Assembly: GCA_965204745.1 (NCBI GenBank)
Contig: OZ242010.1
Span: 2,624,001 to 2,688,000 of the forward strand
DNA: 64,000 bases
Direction: 5' to 3'
From: Candidatus Latescibacterota bacterium
Lineage (GTDB): Bacteria; Latescibacterota; UBA2968
This document shows, in pieces, positions 56,782 through 64,000 of this stretch. The notes below the pieces were generated by a model, which saw only the letters and a program-made list of their open reading frames with translations, was not told the DNA's origin and did no database searches. A program made the translations under genes and the position numbers. Position 1 is the first letter of the stretch, and every line of letters starts with the position of its first letter.

Positions 56782-57990
56782 ATGATCCAGCGGCTTGAAA
56801 CCCTTTATTATCGGTGCTTGCGCCATGTTGAACAGGACCTCGCGCGCTTCCACCTCTTGGCGGGCGCGAATGGCAGTGGGAAAACCGCCTTTCTCGACGC
56901 GCTGGCATTTCTCGGGGATTTCGTGCGCGATGGCCTTGACGCGGCCATTTACAGTCGGGCTAGCGACTTGCGCGACCTCACTTGGCACGGGCTTGCGGAC
57001 CGATTTGAAATCGCGGTTGAATTGCCCGTGCCCGAACGCGAATCCAATCTCTTTTCGGACCGGGACTTCTCGCGCTGTCGCTACGAACTCGCCATCGGCA
57101 CCATCGAAGAAACCGAGGCCATCGGCATTCTCTCTGAGCGCGTGCTCTTGCTCACGGACATCCAGCGGGACGCCCGCGCCATCCAAGAATCGCTCTTTCC
57201 AGTGGATGATCCCACGCCGCAAACCCTGGCCACGCGCCGGTTGCGCGGCATCAAAACCATCGTCAACAAAGTGCCGGGGGGCAACGACAAGTTTTACGAT
57301 GAATCCGGTGCGGGATGGGATCCCACCTTCAAACTCGGCGTGCGGCGTTCCGCACTCGGCAACCTGCCCGAAGACGAAGCGCGTTTCCCCATCGCCACTT
57401 GGCTCAAACACACCCTCTCAAACCGCATTCGCACCCTGACCTTCAACAGCGACCAACTCAGACAGCCCTGCCCGCCGGGGCAACCGCTCGACCTGTTGCC
57501 CGACGCCGGCAACCTGCCATGGGTCGTCGCGGCGATAGAGAAAAACGCGCCGCACAGGCATGCGGCGTGGCTTGCGTGCTTGCACGCGGTTTTGCCGGGC
57601 CTATCGGCTGTTCACGCGGTTGTGCGTCCCGAAGACCAGCACGCCTATCTCGTGGTCAACCACCACAACGACCTCGAAACCCCGTCGTGGATGTTGTCAG
57701 ACGGCACCCTGCATCTGCTCGCCCTGACCCTGCTCGCCCATGCGCCGGATTACGCTGGAACATGCCTCATCGAAGAACTCGAAAACGGCCTTCACGCCGC
57801 CGCTATCGAACCGGTCTTCAACGCACTCTGCACCGTGCCAACCGCCCAAATTTTGGCAACCACGCACTCGCCCATCATTCTCAACTGCGCGGATCCCGAC
57901 CAAGTGCTTTGCTTCATCACCACGGAAACAGGCGCGACTCAGGTGGAGCGGTCAGCGGTCAGCAAACCAAAGCGAAACGCCGATAGCTGA
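56782..57990 (+). CDS. AAA_21/ABC-type ATPase, resembling the MADS Mad3 ATPase
   Basis: 'LYYRCLRHV', Walker A 'GANGSGKT', signature 'LSDGT', Walker B 'LIEELENGLH', H-loop 'TTHSP'. Confidence 0.8.
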   Translation: MIQRLETLYYRCLRHVEQDLARFHLLAGANGSGKTAFLDALAFLGDFVRDGLDAAIYSRASDLRDLTWHGLADRFEIAVELPVPERESNLFSDRDFSRCRYELAIGTIEETEAIGILSERVLLLTDIQRDARAIQESLFPVDDPTPQTLATRRLRGIKTIVNKVPGGNDKFYDESGAGWDPTFKLGVRRSALGNLPEDEARFPIATWLKHTLSNRIRTLTFNSDQLRQPCPPGQPLDLLPDAGNLPWVVAAIEKNAPHRHAAWLACLHAVLPGLSAVHAVVRPEDQHAYLVVNHHNDLETPSWMLSDGTLHLLALTLLAHAPDYAGTCLIEELENGLHAAAIEPVFNALCTVPTAQILATTHSPIILNCADPDQVLCFITTETGATQVERSAVSKPKRNADS

Positions 57991-58006
57991 TGGGACACAA
58001 ATTATT

Positions 58007-58226
58007 GGGACCTACCCCCCCTGGCCCCCGTTACTCGCTTCGCTTCGTTGTAGGCTACGCCTGTGCCTGTGAGGAAGGGGGGAATGGCGAGAGGTTGTGC
58101 GAGGAGTTTGGGTTTCCAGGGCGTGATCTATTTGCTCAAAGCCATCAGAACAGCTAGGGATACAAACCTTCAAAAAGCCATGCGCTCCCCCTTTCCTTGT
58201 AGGAAAGGGGGCCGGGGGGATAGGTC
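58007..58226. repeat. REP/MITE-like composite element
   Basis: Arm B(+ with insert) ... arm A(-). Confidence 0.85.
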
Positions 58227-58410
58227 CTACGAGGAAGCGGGAAGAACCTCTCTCGTTGCGGAGAGGAGCCGGAGGAATGGATGGCTCGTCCAGGTCTTTG
58301 GGCGATTGGTCGCGGCTTGCTTCCTACTCGCTTTCTACTCTTAATTCGCATTGTCAGTGGTCAGTCCCCGCCCTATCCCCCGAAATCACTCCGCGCTTCG
58401 ATTCGATGCT

Positions 58411-59625
58411 ATGATCTCTGAGCTTCTCAACCGCCGGTTCATCGCCCTGCTCATCGTCTCCTTTTTCAGCAGCTTTGTCGCTGCCCCGGTCAGCACCCTG
58501 TTGCCCATCTACGTGGAAGCGGATTTGCGCGGCACGCCCTTCTTTTCTGCGGGATTGCGTGCGGCCTTTCTCATTTTGGGCGGTGTCTTTGCCGTGCCTG
58601 CGGGGCGCCTGTCCGACGTTTGGGGCGTCAAACCCGTGTATGTGCTCGGCACTTTGGGGCCCGTGCTCGCCGGGGCGATCTTCTTCAGCGGCGATCCCCT
58701 CCTGTTGATGGCGCTGTGTACGGGCATTGGCATTTCGTTTGGCTTCAACAGCGCGGGGGGGCAAAGCTATTTGATCAGCGCGGCGCCTGCTTCTGTGATC
58801 GGCATGGCATCGGCCGGGTATTTTTTAGGCAATACCCTCGGCTCTGCTTCGGGCAACTTGCTCTCTGGCCCCATCGCCGACGCGTTTGGGTTCCAATCCC
58901 TCGGCCTTTTAGTCGCGCTCGCAGGCGTGGGCCTCGTCCTGATGAGCATGGTGATCCTCCCTGTGATTCCCTCGCCGCAATCGGTTGACCGCAGGCACGA
59001 CTTGTCCGCGCTGATGCACCTGTTTCGCCGGCTCGACCTGTGCCTCTTGTTGGGCATTCGCTACTTGCCGACCAGTTATTGGGGGGCCGTCACCCTGCTC
59101 TTGCCCCTGCTCATCTTCCGCATCACGGGCACGAGCAAAGCCGCCACGGATTACACCGCGATCAGCCTGACCATTGCCGCGTGTTTTCAAGTGCTCACCG
59201 GACGACTTTGCGACCGCATGGGCCGCTGGCGTCCCATCCTCGTTTCCGCGTCCCTCGTCGCCATCAGCGCGCTCGGCCTCGCCCTGACCGCCCATCGCCT
59301 CGCGGGCATTTACGTCTTTGGCATCCTCGCAACCGCCTCGGCTTGGTCGCTTTCGACCACGATGCCGGGCCTCATCCAACTCATCGCACGCGAAAACGAA
59401 AAAGGCCGCGTCGTTGGCGCGGCTCACTTGGCTTGGAGTATGGGCATGCTGTCCGGCAGCTTGGGCGGCGGCAAACTCATCGACCGGGGCATTGCCTGGC
59501 CCTTTGGCATCTCAGTCTTGTTTTGCCTCGGCGCACTCGCCTGCGGCATCGGTCTCTATCGCTTGCATGGAAAAAACAACCACGGGCAGGTCCCGACAGG
59601 TGCAAACCGGGATGACCATAGATGA
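58411..59625 (+). CDS. MFS transporter
   Basis: About 12 TM helices; motif A 'GRLSDVWGVK' and 'GRLCDRMGRW'. Confidence 0.92.
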   Translation: MISELLNRRFIALLIVSFFSSFVAAPVSTLLPIYVEADLRGTPFFSAGLRAAFLILGGVFAVPAGRLSDVWGVKPVYVLGTLGPVLAGAIFFSGDPLLLMALCTGIGISFGFNSAGGQSYLISAAPASVIGMASAGYFLGNTLGSASGNLLSGPIADAFGFQSLGLLVALAGVGLVLMSMVILPVIPSPQSVDRRHDLSALMHLFRRLDLCLLLGIRYLPTSYWGAVTLLLPLLIFRITGTSKAATDYTAISLTIAACFQVLTGRLCDRMGRWRPILVSASLVAISALGLALTAHRLAGIYVFGILATASAWSLSTTMPGLIQLIARENEKGRVVGAAHLAWSMGMLSGSLGGGKLIDRGIAWPFGISVLFCLGALACGIGLYRLHGKNNHGQVPTGANRDDHR

Positions 59626-59650
59626 ACGCGGATGGACTTGGGTGGACTAG

Positions 59651-60006
59651 GTTGTGTTGACATTTTATTTTTTTTGACGTTACGCACAGATTGGCAAATG
59701 TGTTGCTTGATCATTTAATGCGTTTGGTCCTACAGCCTCGTTGGTTGCCTTTGATGCCTTCGGCGACTTACTTTTTTTCAACAGCAAAAAAAAGTAAGCA
59801 AAAAATGCCGCTCTCAAACGCCGAGAGGCTTGCACAGCGCAAAGCGCTTTTGTAACAGCACAATATGCGTCAGCCTGCAAAGTGGGTTGCAACATGGAGG
59901 TTGGTTGCGAGATGGCCTTGCGCGCTGTGCGTGATGGCTTGAGCTGATGGGCTTTTGCGATGGCATGGTTGCAATGGCTTCTCTGAATGACTGCGAAATG
60001 TCAAGG
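59651..60006. mobile_element. Putative MITE with TTGACATTT...AAATGTCAA inverted ends
   Basis: Left part also at 36217-36291, right part also at 16364-16522; internal T-run/A-run hairpin. Confidence 0.6.
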
Positions 60007-60271
60007 AGAGCACTGGTTGATAGCATTTGGGGATTGCATGCGCGGACAGGCCCCGTGCCTGTCCCTACGGTTGATGAAGACAAGATGAGGCAACGAACTG
60101 CGAACTGCGCGGTGGTCGGGTTGGGTGAGCACTTGGGGCGGATGGGCTTGGGTGGACTGACAACTGACAACTGACTACTGACTACTTGGGGCGGTGGCGG
60201 GGTTGCCTCACCTCTCCCGTCTTACGTCTCACCGAAGGGGGTTGGGCAGGACACGCACGGGCACGCACAGT

Positions 60272-60892
60272 TCATCCGCGTTTATTTTTTTTCCGTCTCT
60301 CCAAAAACCGCGCCTTGCCCCCGTGGCAGGTTTGGCAGGTTGCGGGTTTGCCCGTTTGGATATCCAGCAAGCGATCCGTGAACTGCTCCATCATCATGCG
60401 CGCGGCAACCTTGTTGGGCGTGGGCGCGACCGGATCGAGGCGACCATCGCGCCTTCGCACATGGCAGTAGTCGCACGCCTTGACCCCCAGTGCGGTCTGC
60501 ATGGCTTTCATCAGCGCCACAATTTCACCGCGCGACATCCCCGCCAACCGCGAGGGCTTGGCCGCGCTGGTATCGCGCACCACAAAGCGCGCTGTGCCCT
60601 TGTGACAAAAGGCACAATCGATGGCTTGCCCCGCTGTCGTCACCAATCCATTGACAAAGTGGCGATTCATATCATGCGCGGTTTCTTTGCGTGGCGAGGG
60701 GGCTTTGTAATCGCGCTCGCCGTCCTCGGTCTCAGACGGATGGCAGTATTGGCACGTAACCCCCAGGGCGTTTGAAATCGCCTCCATGCCTTCCTCGCTC
60801 GTGTCGAGTGCGCGTCGGTCGTCTGCGCGTATGGTTGCCCAAACCAAAACAACCGCGCACATAAAAACAAAGCGTTTCACACAAGTCCTCAT
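60272..60892 (-). CDS. Tetraheme c-type cytochrome (duplicated diheme, PufC-like family)
   Basis: Signal peptide; CQYCH, CAFCH, CDYCH and CQTCH; 'M...ALGV.C.YCH' occurs twice. Confidence 0.82.
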   Translation of the reverse strand: MRTCVKRFVFMCAVVLVWATIRADDRRALDTSEEGMEAISNALGVTCQYCHPSETEDGERDYKAPSPRKETAHDMNRHFVNGLVTTAGQAIDCAFCHKGTARFVVRDTSAAKPSRLAGMSRGEIVALMKAMQTALGVKACDYCHVRRRDGRLDPVAPTPNKVAARMMMEQFTDRLLDIQTGKPATCQTCHGGKARFLERRKKNKRG

Positions 60893-62235
60893 AAAATTCG
60901 ACCGTCCACCCCATCGGCACAGGTCAGTCCCAACAGATTCATCATCGTCGGCAAAACATCCATCACAGTTGCATCTTCGCACCCCAAACCGGGCGCGTTG
61001 ACAAACCACAGCGCATCGTCAAATGCATGCGTGCCATTCACCGGACTGGGTTCGAGCAAAACGCGCTTGTCAAAACCGCCCTTCAAGTCGTATCCCGGCG
61101 CGGGCACTGCGATAAAATCTGGCGCCGCATCGAGATCATCTCCCCAAAAAGCCTCCTCGCGCATCAGCACGCGGTCAATGACGCGCTCGCCGGTATCGGG
61201 ATCGCGTATCGCCATCAACCCGGCTGTCACATCTCGCCTCACCTGCTCGTATTCCGCCCCCATCGACACACAACCCTCGCGCTCTCTGCCCCTCGCGTTC
61301 ACGTAGAACCGCCCGGGCAGCAGGGAATAACACCGGGTTTGCGGCGATAAATGTCGCAACTGCTCGGGATCGGGCACTGCGTAGGACAACATCCCGGCCT
61401 GCTGTAACCACGCATTCAAATGCACTTCGCGCTGCAAGGTGCAAAATCCGTGATCCGACAGAATCATCAACAGCGTATCCCCGTACATCCGGGCATGCAA
61501 TTCCCCGATGATTTCATCCACCCGCGCGTAAAACCGCTTGAACCAAGCGGTGGATTGCTCATCCCCGCGCTCGACATCGCCCCAGAGAAAGTGGTGCAAG
61601 CGGTCCGTATCCATAAAATGCGCGATGAACAAATCCCAGGCTTCGCGGGCGTAATATCGGAACATCGCCTCTGCGCGTCGGTCGAGCGCGTAAAAAATCT
61701 CGTCGAGAAATTTCTCGCGGTTCTCCCGCGCTTGCCATGCGTCGATATCGATCAAATACCCCATAGACGCCAGTTCCGAAGCGACCGACGCCGGATAAGT
61801 CGCGCCATTCAACGCCGGTGCCAAAAAGCCAGAAATCAGAATGCCATTGACCGGGCGCGGCGGAAACGTGGTCGGCACGCCCATTGAAAAAACCCGCCGT
61901 CCCATGCCGCTGAAGAGATCGACCCAGGTCTCGGCTTTCAGCGTTCTCGAAGACGGGATAAACATCTCGTGCGTTTGTGGCACGCGGTCGATAAACCCAA
62001 AAATCCCGTGTTTGCCGGGGTTGCACCCAGTCGCGATGGACGCCCATGCCGTTGACGATACCGTCGGCACGACCGAGGTCATAGACATCAACGCCCCCTG
62101 TGCGATCAACCCCTGAAAATTGGGCATCACCCCGTCGGCGATCAACCGTTGCAACAAGCTGTATGGCATGCCATCTAAGCCCAGCACAACTGCGCGGCGA
62201 AATTCGGCCTTGTTTTGTCGAAAAAAATTGGGCAT
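60889..62235 (-). CDS. Alkaline phosphatase superfamily nucleotide pyrophosphatase/phosphodiesterase
   Basis: 'VLGLDG', 'PTVSSTAW..IATG.NPGKHGIFGF', 'DRLHH', 'SDHGF', 'GTH'. Confidence 0.9.
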   Translation of the reverse strand: MPNFFRQNKAEFRRAVVLGLDGMPYSLLQRLIADGVMPNFQGLIAQGALMSMTSVVPTVSSTAWASIATGCNPGKHGIFGFIDRVPQTHEMFIPSSRTLKAETWVDLFSGMGRRVFSMGVPTTFPPRPVNGILISGFLAPALNGATYPASVASELASMGYLIDIDAWQARENREKFLDEIFYALDRRAEAMFRYYAREAWDLFIAHFMDTDRLHHFLWGDVERGDEQSTAWFKRFYARVDEIIGELHARMYGDTLLMILSDHGFCTLQREVHLNAWLQQAGMLSYAVPDPEQLRHLSPQTRCYSLLPGRFYVNARGREREGCVSMGAEYEQVRRDVTAGLMAIRDPDTGERVIDRVLMREEAFWGDDLDAAPDFIAVPAPGYDLKGGFDKRVLLEPSPVNGTHAFDDALWFVNAPGLGCEDATVMDVLPTMMNLLGLTCADGVDGRIL

Positions 62236-62257
62236 GAGCTCTCTCTAATTTACCCTC

Positions 62258-64000
62258 TCACCTCTTCCCTCTCACCTCTTCCCTCTCACCTTTCTCATTG
62301 GGTTGCTTCTCGCTTTGTTTGCGTTTGAGCGCGAAGATCATGTCGAGGTTTTGCAACTGCTCGGTCAGTTTGTCCAAGGCCGTGAGGTCGGGGAGGGCGA
62401 TGGGTTCGCGGATGATGCGTTGAATGTCCGGATGGTCGAAAATGCGTTGGGATGCAGGTTCGTACCCCTCGGCTTGTACGCGAATCCGGCTCGTCGCGGG
62501 TGCCCAGATTTGAAATGTATTGTCGCGCGTCTCGGTCTCGAAGATCGTGCGTCCAATGGGGTCGAGCACCTGGACGACAGCACGGGATACGGAAGAGCTA
62601 TCGGTCAATGTGCCGCGTATGATGGCTTGAACCGGTTGGGGAGGCGCAAAGTTTTCGGTTTCAAAGAAGATCGGATTGGTCAGTGCCACGCGCGACGTGT
62701 CTGTGCCATAGCAACGGGCGAGATACCAGCTATCGACTGAGTCCTCGAGGGTGGTCGAGATGCGGATCTGCCGGGGGTGGTCTGCCAAATCCCAATGCTG
62801 GACCACCTTTGCATTGCGGATGAGTTCGACGCGCGTCAAGTACGCGGCGGCGTCTGCGGCGGACCATGCGCGGATCGTCGCCCGTCTGTTGCGGCCCGCG
62901 GGCAATTGGTCGCCTGGGCCGGCTGCAAAAACAGAGAACGAGACCAAAGGCCCGTTGGTGATCGCGTTTTGACCTTTGGCGATGGCATCCGTCAGTTTGC
63001 TCGGGGTCAGGTTGCCGAGCACTTGAGTGTACGTGCGAAAGTGCCCGTCGGTCGAAAATGCGGTGCCCGCAATGCGATAGCCCCGGTTGAGCAGCGCGAA
63101 CCACGTTGCCCGTGCTTGGGGATGCGCGATGTTGAGCGCGTCAAAGGCCGGGCCGGCGAGTAAGTCAAAGGCCAGACTGGTGTTGCCGGATGTGCCAAAG
63201 AGGTCTGCGTATTCCACGATGCCGCGATCTAACTGCGCCCGCGCATGCACTTCAAACCCGGGTTGTTCGGCGTCATCGATCCCGGTGGCGCCCAAGACCC
63301 AGTGTTTGCCCCACGGGTGTTCGATAGATTTGCCGCGCAGGGTTGGGAGCAACTCGTCCTGCACCGGTGCTGACAATGCCATCCAGTCCAGTTCTCGGGC
63401 GCGTGCAACGGTGTAATCATCAGCGATGGGGGGGACAAAGGTCGAGTCTTCCAGTTCAGGGGGATGCAGGATAGGGGAGGCATTGTCAAAAAGATCGCCG
63501 ACCACCCACCCGTGCGCGCGGAGATCGGCCCAGGCTTTGAAGGGCAATGCCACGCTTTGGTCGCGCTTGGTCGCGAAGTGTAAGACCTGGGGTTCGGGGG
63601 ACAAGTGCGTATAATCGCGCACTGCGGACACGGTGACTTGACCGGGTGGGATGTCGATGACAAACGCGCCGTCGGCAACAAACCCGGGTTCTGTGCCAAA
63701 CCCGGGTTGCAAAACCGCGCCCGAGGAATCCGCGACAATGACCCGGGCCGCTAAGGGTTGTTCCGTGTCCGCGTCAAAAAGGCGCCCGCGCAATCGGGCG
63801 GCGTTTTTATCGGCGACATAAGCGCGGGCGATGAGGTGGGCGAATCGCGCGCGCACCCAGACCCCGCCCACATTTTCAGCGGTGTCTCGCAAGGTGGCCG
63901 TTGCGATGCCATTTTTGATTTTTGCCCAGGGGTCTATTTGCCCGCGGCTCGCTTCAAACAGGACCACGGCCCCGTCATAGTCCACCTCGCCCCGTTCTGC
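62258..64000 (-). CDS. CehA/McbA-like metallohydrolase domain protein (5' end outside window; apparently degenerate)
   Basis: 'HGWVVGDL', 'WFALLNRGYRIAGTA.ST', 'ITNGPLV', 'VELIRN', 'WY.AR', 'ALTNPIFF'. Confidence 0.65.
   Translation of the reverse strand, partial: AERGEVDYDGAVVLFEASRGQIDPWAKIKNGIATATLRDTAENVGGVWVRARFAHLIARAYVADKNAARLRGRLFDADTEQPLAARVIVADSSGAVLQPGFGTEPGFVADGAFVIDIPPGQVTVSAVRDYTHLSPEPQVLHFATKRDQSVALPFKAWADLRAHGWVVGDLFDNASPILHPPELEDSTFVPPIADDYTVARARELDWMALSAPVQDELLPTLRGKSIEHPWGKHWVLGATGIDDAEQPGFEVHARAQLDRGIVEYADLFGTSGNTSLAFDLLAGPAFDALNIAHPQARATWFALLNRGYRIAGTAFSTDGHFRTYTQVLGNLTPSKLTDAIAKGQNAITNGPLVSFSVFAAGPGDQLPAGRNRRATIRAWSAADAAAYLTRVELIRNAKVVQHWDLADHPRQIRISTTLEDSVDSWYLARCYGTDTSRVALTNPIFFETENFAPPQPVQAIIRGTLTDSSSVSRAVVQVLDPIGRTIFETETRDNTFQIWAPATSRIRVQAEGYEPASQRIFDHPDIQRIIREPIALPDLTALDKLTEQLQNLDMIFALKRKQSEKQPNEKGEREEVRGKR

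Noticed and set aside
60272-60892. Evidence of phototrophy from the PufC-like cytochrome
   Set aside because: No puf or bch genes in the window, and this cytochrome family also occurs in non-phototrophs.

Overview
A 64-kb chromosomal window from a GC-rich (about 55-60% by eye) diderm bacterium. The gene families (GWxTD-like protein, DUF6785-type membrane protein, EF-hand/dockerin-like tail, many sugar TIM barrels) suggest a Latescibacterota/Gemmatimonadota-like, possibly sponge-associated organism; this is inference. Core genes include dksA, polX, pgl, leuB, nagB, HU/IHF, tRNA(CAT), dnaG, ispG, comEA, bioB, HIT, rpmG and rpmB. There is a cobalamin-riboswitch B12 uptake/salvage operon and a second, metal-type TonB locus preceded by a CxxC/RSPP leader. 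Accessory content includes several TA-like pairs, a 2125-aa modular surface protein behind a C16 tract, and a defence-like region (49.5-58 kb). That region holds a two-gene dynamin-like GTPase pair, whose first gene ends in an apparent degenerate NusA-type tandem KH module, an AAA-PD(D/E)XK gene bounded by 24-bp direct repeats, two unknown membrane genes and an orphan ABC-type ATPase. An IS110 element (31498-32785) carries a readable bridge RNA whose guides match its own donor junction and the heptamer repeat it inserted into. Intergenic DNA is dense with REP/MITE-like families, one of which carries a strand-biased 35-36 bp nested insert. No database searches were run; all family calls come from motif recognition.
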